From Planctomycetota bacterium (GTDB taxonomy: Bacteria; Planctomycetota; UBA1135; UBA2386): a DNA stretch of 64,000 nucleotides. Positions 1-10,141 of this stretch are shown here, piece by piece. The DNA lies in the NCBI GenBank assembly GCA_965223545.1, contig OZ245006.1, forward strand, positions 6,336,001-6,400,000, written 5' to 3'. Below the pieces are notes generated by a model. That model searched no databases. It was not told where the DNA came from and saw nothing but the letters and a program-made list of their open reading frames with translations. Within the stretch, counting starts at the first letter, position 1. Each line of letters starts with the position of its first letter. Both the position numbers and the translations under genes were made by a program.

Positions 1-64
1 GCAGCGCCAGCGAGGTGAGGACCGCGAGCTGGGTCCATGTCAGGATCTGTTCGAGCAGCGGCAT
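1..64 (-). CDS. 5' fragment of a probable membrane protein running off the window start
   Basis: ATG at 64 on - strand gives MPLLEQILTWTQLAVLTSLAL..., hydrophobic and open to the edge; divergent from queA. Confidence 0.35.
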   Translation of the reverse strand, partial: MPLLEQILTWTQLAVLTSLAL

Positions 65-101
65 GGTGGGGGCGGCGAGCAAGGCTATAAGAGCAGATGT
101 C

Positions 102-1145
102 TTGCAGGTCTCCGAGTTCGACTTCGAGTTGCCGCCCGACTTGATCGCGAAGGCACCGGCCGAACCGCGGGACGCCGCGCGGCTGCTGGTCTACGACCGG
201 AAACGCGGCGAGATCCGTCACTCTCGGGTTGGCGCGCTCCCCGAGCTGCTGCGCGCCGGCGACCTGCTGGTGGTCAACGACACGCGCGTCATGGCGCACC
301 GGTTCGTCGGTCGGCGGGCTACCGGTGGCCGGGTCGAATGCCTGTTGCTCGAACGCGATGGCGCCCGTGGCCGGGGGTTTCTGAAACCGGCGGCCAAGCT
401 CGGACTGGGCGAGTCGATCGAGCTGGAGGGCGGCGCGTTGGTGCTGCGGCCGGAGCGCGCCCTGGGCGGCGGTCGGTTCGAGTTCGAGCTGCAACCGGCG
501 GGCGCGGAGCCGCTCGATCAGTGCATCGACCGGGTCGGTCGGGCGCCGCTGCCGCCCTACCTGCGTCGCGACGCGGCGACCGAGGACGTGGCGGCCGATC
601 GGCGGCGCTATCAGACCGTCTTCGCGGCCGAGCCCGGGGCGGTGGCGGCGCCCACGGCGGGATTGCACTTCACCGAGGGCCTGCTCGATCGCTGTGCCGC
701 GCGCGGCATCGAGCTGGCGCGGGTCACCCTGCACGTCGGCGAAGGGACGTTCGCCCCAGTGCGCTGCGAGCGCGTCGACCAGCATCGTATGCACGCCGAG
801 ACCTATCGGCTCGGCGAGGCGGCCGCCGATGCCGTGGCGGCGTGCCGGCGCCGCGGTGGTCGAGTGGTCGCGGTCGGTAGCACCGCGACGCGCACCTTGG
901 AGACCTGTGCGGCGGACGGCGGAGCCGTGCGTCCCGGCAGCGGTGCGTCCGACTTGTTCCTCGTGCCCGGCAGTCGTTTTCGCGTGGTCGACGTGATGCT
1001 GACCAACTTCCACCTGCCGCGGTCGACCTTGTTGATGCTGGTCGCGGCGTTCATCGGCGTCGACGCCATGCGCCGGCTCTACCGCGCGGCGATCGACGAC
1101 CGTTATCGCTTCTACTCGTTCGGCGACGCCTGCTTGCTGTTGTAG
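102..1145 (+). CDS. queA: S-adenosylmethionine:tRNA ribosyltransferase-isomerase
   Basis: FDFELPPDLIA, VVNDTRV, YQTVFA..PGAVAAPTAGLHFT, TLHVG, TNFHLPRSTL, YRFYSFGD motifs; TTG start at 102 chosen from the family N-terminus (ORF open from 15). Confidence 0.96.
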   Translation: MQVSEFDFELPPDLIAKAPAEPRDAARLLVYDRKRGEIRHSRVGALPELLRAGDLLVVNDTRVMAHRFVGRRATGGRVECLLLERDGARGRGFLKPAAKLGLGESIELEGGALVLRPERALGGGRFEFELQPAGAEPLDQCIDRVGRAPLPPYLRRDAATEDVAADRRRYQTVFAAEPGAVAAPTAGLHFTEGLLDRCAARGIELARVTLHVGEGTFAPVRCERVDQHRMHAETYRLGEAAADAVAACRRRGGRVVAVGSTATRTLETCAADGGAVRPGSGASDLFLVPGSRFRVVDVMLTNFHLPRSTLLMLVAAFIGVDAMRRLYRAAIDDRYRFYSFGDACLLL

Positions 1146-1789
1146 GGCGGATCGAGATCGGTCGTGGCGCCGTCGAGTGCCTGGCGCAGGGCGGCCACCG
1201 CAGCACCGGGATCGTCGGCAGCGAGGACGAAGCTCGAGACCGCGATGCGCCGGCACCCGACGCGAGCGAGCGGTGCCACCCGCGCCGGGATGATGCCGCC
1301 AATGCCGAACACCGGCAGCGGCGTCGCCCGCACCGCTTCCGCGATGGCGGCCGGGTCTTGTCCGCGCGCGTACCCCTTGGTCGCGGTCGGGTAGCACGGT
1401 CCGAAGCCGAGGTAGTCGGCCCCCGCCGCGGTGGCGGCGCGGGCCTGCTCGGCGTCGTGCGTGCTCACCCCCAACCAGCGTCCGGGGCCGAGCAGCCGGC
1501 GGGCGACGGCCGGAGTTGCGTCTCCTTGGCCAACGTGGGCCCCCGCTGCGTCGATGCGCGCCGCCAGCGAGGGGTCGTCGTTGACGATGAGGGGAGTGTG
1601 GTGCGCCTTGCAGACGCCGGCGCACCGCGTGCCGTCCGCTTCGGTGAGGCGCGGGTCCGCCGCGGGCCGCCACTGCACCAGATCGACCCCGGCTTCGAGC
1701 GCGCCTTGCAGCACGGCCCAAGGGTCGCCCCGGCACAGGGCGGGAGTGAACAACAGGTACAGCCGGCAGTCGTCGAGTTCACGCTTCAT
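1112..1789 (-). CDS. thiE: Thiamine phosphate synthase
   Basis: LIVNDD, GAHVGQGD, GVSTH, GADYLGFGPCYPTATK, PVFGIGGI; convergent 3' overlap with queA. Confidence 0.93.
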   Translation of the reverse strand: MKRELDDCRLYLLFTPALCRGDPWAVLQGALEAGVDLVQWRPAADPRLTEADGTRCAGVCKAHHTPLIVNDDPSLAARIDAAGAHVGQGDATPAVARRLLGPGRWLGVSTHDAEQARAATAAGADYLGFGPCYPTATKGYARGQDPAAIAEAVRATPLPVFGIGGIIPARVAPLARVGCRRIAVSSFVLAADDPGAAVAALRQALDGATTDLDPPYNSKQASPNE

Positions 1790-1824
1790 TCGCGATGTGG
1801 CCCAGCGTACCGTCCTCGGCGTCG

Positions 1825-2349
1825 ATGTTCGCCGACTCGCTGTGGTTCAACGGTGTCGCGTTCGTCCTCGGTCAGATCGCGGCCTGGGGCTACCTGCGCA
1901 CCGGCAGGGTGGCGCGCGGTGCGGCGCTCATGGTGGGCGGCTGGGTGCTGGCCGACGTCGCCCTGCTGGCGCGCTTCGCTTACGACCATCAGGGCGGCGT
2001 CTATCTGTGCGCGCTGCTCGGCATGCAGGTGTACTCGTTGGTCGAGTTCACCCTGTTCGTCGTACGGCGGTGGCTGCGGCGCCGGCCGGCGGCGCGCGAT
2101 CGGCGCGCCTCTCTCTACCGACAGGCGGTGACCCACTACGTGCGCAACGAGCTCGACCAGGCCGAGCAGCTGCAGCGCCAGCTGATGCGCGCCGACCCGT
2201 GGGACGTCGACGTCGCGGTCGCGCTCGGCTGTCTGCTCGTGCGGCGCGGGGAGCCGCGCCGTGCGCGGCGGACGCTGCGCGCGGCGAGCGCGCTGGATCG
2301 GGACGCGCGCTACGTGGATGTCATCCGCGAAGAACTCGCGCGCGTGTAG
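1825..2349 (+). CDS. Membrane protein with C-terminal TPR-like helices
   Basis: Three hydrophobic segments then YRQAVTHY..LDQAEQ..DPWDVDVAVALG TPR-like pattern; alternative start 1795. Confidence 0.65.
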   Translation: MFADSLWFNGVAFVLGQIAAWGYLRTGRVARGAALMVGGWVLADVALLARFAYDHQGGVYLCALLGMQVYSLVEFTLFVVRRWLRRRPAARDRRASLYRQAVTHYVRNELDQAEQLQRQLMRADPWDVDVAVALGCLLVRRGEPRRARRTLRAASALDRDARYVDVIREELARV

Positions 2350-2519
2350 CACGGCGGTCCGCAGCGCCTAGGACGTATGGAGGCCAGGAGGCGCTCGAGT
2401 TGGGCGCGGACCGGGTGTTCGCGTTGGGTGCCATCTGCGCGATTCAGATCAGTGGAGACCCTTCCGCGTCCCGGGCCGGCGAAACCGCAGGATCTCCCGC
2501 GCGCGTTTCGGTCTCCTGG

Positions 2520-3116
2520 CTACGCTCCCGCTCCCCATGAGTTTTCGCTGGCTGGATTCGCGTTTCGGAGCACGGCGCCCAGCTTGAGTATGGCCCGGTT
2601 GTGCAGATGGGTGACTGCGGTGACCGAGCGGCTCATGCGCCGCGCCACCTCCTTTAGCGCGAGCCCCTCGAAATCGCGTAGGTCGATGATGCGCTGATAG
2701 TCCTCGGGCAAGGTCTCCAGGGCCTCGAACAGGAGGTGCAGCCGCTCTTGCTGCGAGGCCTTCTGCGCCGGGCCCAAGGCGTCGCCGTCTTCTACTTGAC
2801 CCGCCGAAAAGCTGGACGCGCAGGACTCCACCCGCTCCAGTCGAGGGCGCCTTGCTGTGTCGATGATCAGCCAGCGTGCCCGCTGAGTGGCCAACCGGAG
2901 GAAGTGATCGGGGTCTCGCACGTCCACTCTTGCACTGTCGGCGAGGAGCCGGGCAGAGACCTCATGCAGGAAGTCCGACGATTCTGCCGTGTGGCGATTC
3001 CGTGGCCCCAGCATCCATCGGATGCGGCACAGCAGTCGCTCCTGGTGAGTCTCCAGGAGCCTGCGGATCCGTGCCGCCCTGATTGCGCTGGATCGAAATT
3101 GAGAGGGATCGGGCAT
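2520..3116 (-). CDS. ECF-type RNA polymerase sigma-70 factor, Ser/Thr-kinase-associated type
   Basis: Region 2 ESSDFLHEV...IIDTARR; region 4 ALETLPEDYQRIIDLRDFEGLALKEVARRMSRS; directly downstream of a kinase gene. Confidence 0.85.
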   Translation of the reverse strand: MPDPSQFRSSAIRAARIRRLLETHQERLLCRIRWMLGPRNRHTAESSDFLHEVSARLLADSARVDVRDPDHFLRLATQRARWLIIDTARRPRLERVESCASSFSAGQVEDGDALGPAQKASQQERLHLLFEALETLPEDYQRIIDLRDFEGLALKEVARRMSRSVTAVTHLHNRAILKLGAVLRNANPASENSWGAGA

Positions 3117-3180
3117 TCAGCTCGGAGAGGTGGTGTCCAAATCCTAGCAGAAGCCTCGAGAGACCGCCCCCGCCGAGGAC

Positions 3181-6100
3181 CTACCGATCGCGGTTCGGTT
3201 GCCGCCGCTTCTGAGGCGACAGCTCGCCAAACCACTCGCCCGGGCTCGATGGCCCCCCGTACCAGAAGTGCAGCAACATCTTCGTTCTGGGTTCTTCCGG
3301 GTCGACCGTCCCGATGATTACGTGGTCTTGTCGGCTGACCGCCAGAAACCGGGCGATCCCGGAGCCCGCGGCCAGGGGTGGCAGCGGCTGGCCGGACGCG
3401 CCATCAAAGATCGCCAATCGGCCGCGGCGACCCGCAGCAAAGACGCGGCTGCCGTCCACCGAAAACTTGGGAGACCGATACTCGTCTCGCGTTGCGCCCG
3501 CGTGGCGCCAGCGGACTCTGCCGGACTCGAAGTCCAGACATAGCAGCTCGGAGCCGAACCGCAGGCCGAACCGGACTGCGAGGTCGCGGCCATGCGGAGC
3601 GATGGCGGGTGCCCCCAGAAAGCCCTCGGAATCGAGAGTGACCTCCCGAACGAGCTCACCGGTCTCAACGTCAATCCAACACAGCCGTCCGTCGGTGGTC
3701 CCCGCGACCAGCCAGGCCCCATCGGGGGAGAACGCGGTGGTCACTCCGAATGGCCAGCGCGTCGTGCCGGTGGGCACTGCCCAGCGACGTTGGTTGGTCT
3801 GGACGTCCCACAATTCGACCGTTCCATCGTAGTCGCCGGTGGCGCAGTGTGGCAGGGTCGGGTGCATCGTCAGATGCCTCACGTGGTCGGTGTCCAGCAG
3901 GACCGAGAGCTCGAGGGACTCGGCATCGCGCACTTCGAGTTGGCCCTCCACCGGCGCGACCAGCAGGTTGTGGCCGTCGGGGGTGTAGATCGCGGCGATC
4001 GCGTCACCCTCACGGGGCGTTGATCGCAGCTTTCGACGCTCCTCGAGCCCCCAAATCTCCAGGTGCCCGGCGTTGGTCAGGGCGAACTCGGCGGCCGAGG
4101 GGCGGATGGCGACACCGAAGTACTCCCGCGCCTCCATCTGGGTCTCGACCCGCTGTCTCGGATCGTCCAGAGTCCAGAAGCTGGCGGCTCGCGAATGCGT
4201 CTCGACGACCCTTCGCTCTGGAAGAGAGAACAACCGCATATTGCCGGGCGGTGTGCCGGCCAGCACCTCGACGACTTTCCATGAGGTCACATCCAGCACC
4301 CGGGTCGACTGTGGCAAGGAGCTGACCAGCAGGGATCGGCCATCGCGGCTCCACGCGACTTGGGTCTCGCCAACCGCTTGCGGCAACACTCGCGGGGGCT
4401 GGGAGCCCTGCAGATCCCAAACGATCACCTTGCCGTCATGATCTCCGCTCGCCAACAGCGTTTCGTCGGGATGTAGCGAAAGCGCTTGGACCCAGTTTTG
4501 GTGTCCGGCCAGCTCCTCGGTGAGCCGGCCAGAAGCGACGTGATACACTCGAACCGCACTGCTTCTTGTGCCGTTGGCCCAGCTGTCGCCGCCACCCCAG
4601 TACAGGCGCTCGCCGTCACTCGACCACTGCACCGCGGTGCCAGGGCCGACCCGCTTCCCCAAGGTGCGCCGCCGGCGCAAACTCCGGGGGTCGACCAGGG
4701 CGAGTTCGCCATTGTGCAGGCTCACCGCCAACTGCTGTCGATTGGGAGACAGGGCGATGGCGTTGAGCCACGGATTCCAGCCGCTCGAGAGTTGACGCTC
4801 TCGCAGGACCGCCCCGCTCTGCAGGCCATGGACGCGCAGCCAGCCATCGCGACCGCCCAGGTACAACTCGTCGCGCTCGACATCAAATGCATGCGCACTC
4901 AGGTAGTCTTCGGGAGACGGAAACGCACAGACCAGGGCGCGTTGCGCGACGTCCCATATTTCGCATCGCTGTTCCGTGTGGTCCCCCCAGAGCAAGTAGC
5001 GGCCATCGGGCGATGCGACCGCGAAGGCCATATCGGTGGTGGGACGTAGCACGTCGGTGCGTGTATCCGAATTGCGCGCTAGGGCACGCCACTCCCAACC
5101 GCGCAGCTCTTCAGGGCAGCTGCGGAGGTGGCGCCGCGCGCCCTTGAGATCCCCGTTTTGTAGGGCGCTGGCAGCGAGTCCGACGTCGCTCGCGTACAGC
5201 TGCCACCGCGTTTGCCGAGCGCTCGCGGCGAGTTCGCTTGCCGCATGGTACTGCAGAGCGGCGCCCGCCACGAGGCTCGCCAAGACCAGCAAGGACGCGG
5301 CCGCGAGCATTCGGTTGCGAAGAACCCATTTGCGGACCTCGGCGAGCACCCCGGTCCGGTGAGCGCCCACCACCCTCCCCTCTAGCCACGCCCGCAAGTC
5401 GTCGGCGAGGGCGCGCATGTCCGGGTAGCGCGCGTTGGGATCGCGGGCCATCGCCTTCTCGGCGATCGCGATCAGCTCGAAGGGCGCGCCCGGGGCGGCC
5501 TTGCGGAGTGGTTCGGGGGGGCCGGACCGCACTTGGTCGACGGTGGTCTTCGGTGTGACTTGCGTCGTGGTCTGCGCTGAGTATGGCGCCCCGCCCGCAA
5601 GCAGGTGGTAGAGAATCGTCCCTGCGGAGTAGACGTCGGTGCGCGGGTCCGCGCCCGAGACTCTTCCGAAAGCCTGTTCGGGGGCCATGTAAGCTGGCGT
5701 GCCAATCACCTCTCCCGCCATCGTCAGCACCGCTGGCGTGGATTCGGCGTTGCCGGTCTCCGGAACGGTGCACGGCTCGCCGCGGGCGGCGGCACTCGCG
5801 GTGGCCGCCGGCGGGGCAGTGGGTTGACTCACGCGCTTGGCCAGGCCCCAATCCATGACGTAGGTCTCGCCGAACGGGCCAACCATGACGTTGGCTGGCT
5901 TGAGGTCGCGGTGCACGATGCCCTTTCTGTGGGCGTGCGCCACCGCTTCGCACACCCGATGCAGGACTCCGGCGAGGCGGGCCAGGGTCCACTCGGCCTC
6001 GTGAGGGCCGGGGCCGATCAGAGTGCCCAAGTGCCGGCCCTCGACGAACTGCATGGTGAAGAACACCACGCCCTGGGCTTCTCCGACGCTGTGCAAGGGC

Positions 6101-6510
6101 ACGACCGCGGGATGAACGATGCTCGCCAGGGTCCGAGCTTCGTTTCGCAGCCGTTCTTGTCGCCGCACCCAGACTTCCGTTGCGCGCATGGCGCGGCCGC
6201 CGCGCGCGGTCTTCAGTGCCAGCTCGCGCTGCAGGCACTGGTCCCACACCTTGTAAACCACCCCCATCCCTCCCGCGCCGATCTTCCGTAGGACGCGATA
6301 GCCTCCGATGTGCTCGGGTAGAGGTGGTTCGTCGGGCCGGACCAACGCCCGGCGGCCCGCTTCAAAAGCGGCGTGGAGGTCGCGCAACCGCTCGGCGAGC
6401 TCGGGGTGCTCAGAGCACAGATCCTCGAGCCCGCCTGGACCGTTCGCTTGCAGGTGGGCCAGCAGCAACCGCTCGGCACGCTCATCGAGCGTCGAGCTGG
6501 AGGTCGTCAC
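3181..6510 (-). CDS. Hanks-type Ser/Thr protein kinase with TM segment and WD40 beta-propeller repeats
   Basis: IGAGGMGVVY, ALK, HRDLKPANVM, DWGLAK, GTPAYMAPEQ, DVYSAG; hydrophobic helix; RGWEW motif; GHQNWVQAL..HPD..LASGDHDGKVIVWD repeats. Confidence 0.95.
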   Translation of the reverse strand: MTTSSSTLDERAERLLLAHLQANGPGGLEDLCSEHPELAERLRDLHAAFEAGRRALVRPDEPPLPEHIGGYRVLRKIGAGGMGVVYKVWDQCLQRELALKTARGGRAMRATEVWVRRQERLRNEARTLASIVHPAVVPLHSVGEAQGVVFFTMQFVEGRHLGTLIGPGPHEAEWTLARLAGVLHRVCEAVAHAHRKGIVHRDLKPANVMVGPFGETYVMDWGLAKRVSQPTAPPAATASAAARGEPCTVPETGNAESTPAVLTMAGEVIGTPAYMAPEQAFGRVSGADPRTDVYSAGTILYHLLAGGAPYSAQTTTQVTPKTTVDQVRSGPPEPLRKAAPGAPFELIAIAEKAMARDPNARYPDMRALADDLRAWLEGRVVGAHRTGVLAEVRKWVLRNRMLAAASLLVLASLVAGAALQYHAASELAASARQTRWQLYASDVGLAASALQNGDLKGARRHLRSCPEELRGWEWRALARNSDTRTDVLRPTTDMAFAVASPDGRYLLWGDHTEQRCEIWDVAQRALVCAFPSPEDYLSAHAFDVERDELYLGGRDGWLRVHGLQSGAVLRERQLSSGWNPWLNAIALSPNRQQLAVSLHNGELALVDPRSLRRRRTLGKRVGPGTAVQWSSDGERLYWGGGDSWANGTRSSAVRVYHVASGRLTEELAGHQNWVQALSLHPDETLLASGDHDGKVIVWDLQGSQPPRVLPQAVGETQVAWSRDGRSLLVSSLPQSTRVLDVTSWKVVEVLAGTPPGNMRLFSLPERRVVETHSRAASFWTLDDPRQRVETQMEAREYFGVAIRPSAAEFALTNAGHLEIWGLEERRKLRSTPREGDAIAAIYTPDGHNLLVAPVEGQLEVRDAESLELSVLLDTDHVRHLTMHPTLPHCATGDYDGTVELWDVQTNQRRWAVPTGTTRWPFGVTTAFSPDGAWLVAGTTDGRLCWIDVETGELVREVTLDSEGFLGAPAIAPHGRDLAVRFGLRFGSELLCLDFESGRVRWRHAGATRDEYRSPKFSVDGSRVFAAGRRGRLAIFDGASGQPLPPLAAGSGIARFLAVSRQDHVIIGTVDPEEPRTKMLLHFWYGGPSSPGEWFGELSPQKRRQPNRDR

Positions 6511-6630
6511 CTCGCGTGCTCGGGCAGAAACATACGCTCAGGGTAACCGACAGACCGCTGGTCGTGTTGTCGAATGGCGTGCATCCAGTCTTCGCAGGTC
6601 CGCGACGCGTGGCTCTCCCGCCGTCGAGAA

Positions 6631-6654
6631 CCCGGAGTGGTTTACCACTCCGGG
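6631..6654 (-). terminator. Perfect GC-rich hairpin downstream of the Ig-like gene; possible terminator or stabilising stem
   Basis: CCCGGAGTGG-TTTA-CCACTCCGGG; only a weak U-tract (TTCT) follows on - strand. Confidence 0.5.
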
Positions 6655-6689
6655 CCTCCAATGTTTGACACTGCGGGGTCCGCCGCGGC

Positions 6690-9600
6690 TCAGTTGAGAA
6701 TGCGAAGATGGTCTTCGCACACGAGTGCGTCGTCGGCGAACACTTGCACGGGAATCAGCGAGTTGGCAGCGATCTGGCCGGTGGCCAGTGCCGCTCGGAT
6801 CGCGGCGATCAGCTCTTGTCGATCGAATTTGACGGTCAGTTCGGGGATGCCATTGTTGTTCTCGTCGACCAAGCCGCTCGTGAACTCGCTCAGCGCGGTC
6901 ACGGGGCTCGCGCCGGCGATTCGCAGCTCGACGGAGTGGTCCTGGATCGGAAGTAGGAGGCCGAGGCTGTCACCTTCCATCCAGAGAGTCATCGTGCGTC
7001 CGAGAGACTTGCCCCGGTTCTTCTTCTGCATGCCTTTGGGCCCCACCCCGCGCGTGCCGCTGCCGCTGCGAACGCCGCCGCGGTTCGACTTCATGTTGAG
7101 GGTCCTTGGGTTGAGCACGCAGTCGATGGACGCGACGTTGTCCACCGTGACGGTCGTGGCGCAGGTCGACTGGTTGCCGAGGTTGTCGGCAACCAGTACG
7201 TAGATGACCATCGGGCCGTCGAGTCGGGCGGTAGTGTCGTAGCTCACGGTGAACGGAGACGCCGTCGAGATGCCGAGCGACTGAGACTCGACGAAGATCT
7301 CGATCGACGCCAGGTCCGGGTCGAGGGACTCTGCGGTGATCGGGATCGTGCCGCGCACCACCTCGCCTTCGGCCGGCGTGAGCAGTGCCTTGTCCGGCGC
7401 GGTGTTGTCGGTCTGAACGAGGATCGATGCGCTGGCTTGGTTGCCGGCCGCGTCCGTCGCGCTGACGGCCAGCACCAGGGGCCCATCCATCATGGCACTC
7501 GTATCGACCTGGCTCGACGTCATCGCCGTACCCTGTGGGAGCGGCAGGACGATCGAGCCGTCGACCGGGCTCGGAGCAGCGCCGGCGGCTGTCATGGTGA
7601 CCTCGATCACGCCACTGCCACTGTCGTTGGCAGTCGTATCGAACGCGATCAGGCCGGCGACCAACGAGCCGGCCGTCGGGTCGGTGATGACCAGGGACGG
7701 CTCGGTGTTGTCGACCAAGATCTGTTGTGTTCGGATCGCGGAGTTCCCGATTCCGTCGGTGGCAACCACCGAAAGCGTGTGTATGCCATCGGCGAGCAAG
7801 GTACTGTCGATCCGCGACTCGTACGGCGCCCCGGTCAGCGTCTCGATGGTGCTGCCATCGACCTGCAGTGCCACCGAAGCCACGGCGGAACCCGGTAGTG
7901 GGTCGACTACGCTGGCGGCGAATTCGATGGTCCCGCGTACCGCAAGACCCGCGCTCGGTGAGTCGATGACGATGTTCGGTGGCGTCGAGTCGTAGATCAC
8001 CGCGACGGTGTCCGAGGAGCTGAGGCCGACCGTGTCGGTCGCCACCACCTGGATCGGGTTGGTGCCCTCGGACAGAGCGACCTCGCCGGCCAACGTGCCA
8101 CCGCCGGCGGGCAGGGTGCCGGTGACTCCGGTCGGCGTCGAACTCACCGCCGTCGAGGTCAGGTCGGCGACCGTGACCGCGACGTTGATCGATTCCGATC
8201 CTGGGCCGAAAATCGCGCCGTCGAGCGGTGCGTCGATCGTGACGTTGGGGGCTGACGTGTCGTAGATCAGAGTGCGTTGAAGGGTTGCGGCATTGCCTAC
8301 GGCATCCACTGCATCGACCTGCACTACATTGACTCCTGGGGTCAGCGCGACGTTGCCGGTGGCGGTGCCTCCGCCGGCATTCAGCGCGATTGTGTTGGCG
8401 CCGAAGGTCACTGTCGTCGCAGTGAGGTCGGTGATAGAGATCACGAACCCCGCGTCCGGACTGCCGTAGATCGAGCCCTCGGCCGGCGAGTCAATGGTGA
8501 TCGAGGGTGCGATGCTGTCTCGCACCACATCCACCGAGCTGCCGCCGACGTTGCCCTCGGCATCGATCGCCGAAACGACCAGTTGGTTGAGACCCTCGGC
8601 CAGAGGTAAGGTGCCGCTGACAGACCCTCCGCCAGCAGGCAAGGAGGCCATGATGCCGCTGGGCACCGAGGTCACATCGGTGGTGCTCTCGTCCACCACG
8701 GTGGCCTGTAGGAGGATGTCCGGAGCCGCGGTGAGGGTCGCGAAAGTCGGCGCCGTGATCGTCACGTCCGGCGGAGTGGTATCAGGCGGGACCGCGGGAT
8801 CCGGCAGGTACACCCAGCTTTGGCGAGACGTGGGATAGTAGCCGGGAAAGTACTGGAGTCGTGTCACCAGGAGATCGCGGCTCTCGTCGAACGCCAAGCC
8901 CGGCATACCGGCCAAGAGCTCTCCCGCAGTCTGCGACGAAGGAGGGAGGGTCGCTGGCGAGACTGTGCGCCACGCGTGCTGACCGGTTGCCGCATCCAGC
9001 GCGAACTCCCAATGTTCGAAGCCAAACTTGTTGGAGCCGAGATGGACAGTCGAAACCAGCATCGCTCGATCGCGGTGGGCATCCCACGCCATCCAAGCGG
9101 ATCTTTGTGTGGAGCGAGGGTTCGGGCCGGCACTGGTGATCGGGGCCGGAGTCAGTAGCTGGCGCCAACCACCGGCTTCGGTCCACTGCCAGGTGTCGTT
9201 GTACTCGAAGCCACCGGAGTGACCTCCATAAAGCAAGACTCTGTCGCGCGTCGAGTCATAGCAAATGGAGGGGTGAGAGCGATTGCCCGGTCGTGTCGAT
9301 GCGGGGTAGGTCGACCAGCTGTTTCCGTCCCACAGGAAGGTGTCGCTTCTATGTCCTCCGCCATCGTGTCCGCCGAACACCAGGACTCTGCCTTGGCCGG
9401 CGTAGCTAAGGCCGGCGTGCTCTCGGGGCGGCCCGTTACCGACCTGGGTCCAAGAGGCGCCGTTCCACTCCCACGTCAGCCCGGTGCCGGAGCCTACGTT
9501 GGGCTGGTACCCCACGGTCACTCCGCGCTGCTCATCGAACGCGAGCCAGGCGTAGGGGGGGCCGCTGCTTGCGCGATGGGCCCAAGTCGATCCGCCGAAG

Positions 9601-9854
9601 ACCCTGGTGCCCTGGTCGACCGCCACGACTTCTTGCCGCACCGAGTCGTAAGTGAAAGACCCCCGGGTGTTGATCGGGTAGAGCGACGTGTCGCGCCGCT
9701 CCCATCGATTGGTCTGGGCGATCGCGAGCGAGGGGACAGCGAGAAAAAGGGCCAGAGCGATGACCCCCCTCCCCGAAGAACAAGCAGGAAACGCCATGGA
9801 GAGCTCCATCGTGGTCGGAAACGAGGTGGTGCCTGCCCGGAGCAGGCTAGTCAC
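6690..9854 (-). CDS. Large secreted protein: N-terminal kelch-like propeller plus tandem bacterial Ig-like repeats
   Basis: Signal-peptide-like ALALFLAVPSLAIAQ; VLVFGG..SDTFLWDG and VLLYGG..NDTWQW; repeated D(T/S)xxPxxxIxxP...L..G.N...V.A.D..GN units; true start uncertain (several ATGs near 9797). Confidence 0.85.
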   Translation of the reverse strand: MTSLLRAGTTSFPTTMELSMAFPACSSGRGVIALALFLAVPSLAIAQTNRWERRDTSLYPINTRGSFTYDSVRQEVVAVDQGTRVFGGSTWAHRASSGPPYAWLAFDEQRGVTVGYQPNVGSGTGLTWEWNGASWTQVGNGPPREHAGLSYAGQGRVLVFGGHDGGGHRSDTFLWDGNSWSTYPASTRPGNRSHPSICYDSTRDRVLLYGGHSGGFEYNDTWQWTEAGGWRQLLTPAPITSAGPNPRSTQRSAWMAWDAHRDRAMLVSTVHLGSNKFGFEHWEFALDAATGQHAWRTVSPATLPPSSQTAGELLAGMPGLAFDESRDLLVTRLQYFPGYYPTSRQSWVYLPDPAVPPDTTPPDVTITAPTFATLTAAPDILLQATVVDESTTDVTSVPSGIMASLPAGGGSVSGTLPLAEGLNQLVVSAIDAEGNVGGSSVDVVRDSIAPSITIDSPAEGSIYGSPDAGFVISITDLTATTVTFGANTIALNAGGGTATGNVALTPGVNVVQVDAVDAVGNAATLQRTLIYDTSAPNVTIDAPLDGAIFGPGSESINVAVTVADLTSTAVSSTPTGVTGTLPAGGGTLAGEVALSEGTNPIQVVATDTVGLSSSDTVAVIYDSTPPNIVIDSPSAGLAVRGTIEFAASVVDPLPGSAVASVALQVDGSTIETLTGAPYESRIDSTLLADGIHTLSVVATDGIGNSAIRTQQILVDNTEPSLVITDPTAGSLVAGLIAFDTTANDSGSGVIEVTMTAAGAAPSPVDGSIVLPLPQGTAMTSSQVDTSAMMDGPLVLAVSATDAAGNQASASILVQTDNTAPDKALLTPAEGEVVRGTIPITAESLDPDLASIEIFVESQSLGISTASPFTVSYDTTARLDGPMVIYVLVADNLGNQSTCATTVTVDNVASIDCVLNPRTLNMKSNRGGVRSGSGTRGVGPKGMQKKNRGKSLGRTMTLWMEGDSLGLLLPIQDHSVELRIAGASPVTALSEFTSGLVDENNNGIPELTVKFDRQELIAAIRAALATGQIAANSLIPVQVFADDALVCEDHLRILN

Positions 9855-10005
9855 ACCACATGCAGCGATTCGGCGCTGGGCGATCTGTCAGGGTTCTGCC
9901 AAGAACCTGACTCTTGGGCACTCGGCTCCGCCAATCGCTCCAAGAGGAGGGCCACGGCGGGAGCGTGTATGAACACGCCGCGGTCGGCAGCTACGGTGGC
10001 TCGGC

Positions 10006-10141
10006 ATGGAACAACCGAAGGCGAAGTCGCTGCCCGCCGAACTCGAAGCCGTTCGGCGCGTGTCGAGCACGACGCCACGAACGCGATCGAAGTCGCGTTG
10101 AACTACACGGTGGCGGCGCTGCGCTCGACCGGGCTATGTGA
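10006..10141 (+). pseudogene. Possible frameshifted remnant of an IS66-type TnpA-like gene
   Basis: MEQPKAKSLPAELEAVRR, then RVEH / RTRSKSR / LNYT split across frames; resemblance judged from memory only. Confidence 0.25.

Noticed and set aside
2377..2460. Fragment EALELGADRVFALGAI resembling HisD or ETF-beta
   Set aside because: Too short, with no supporting flanking similarity
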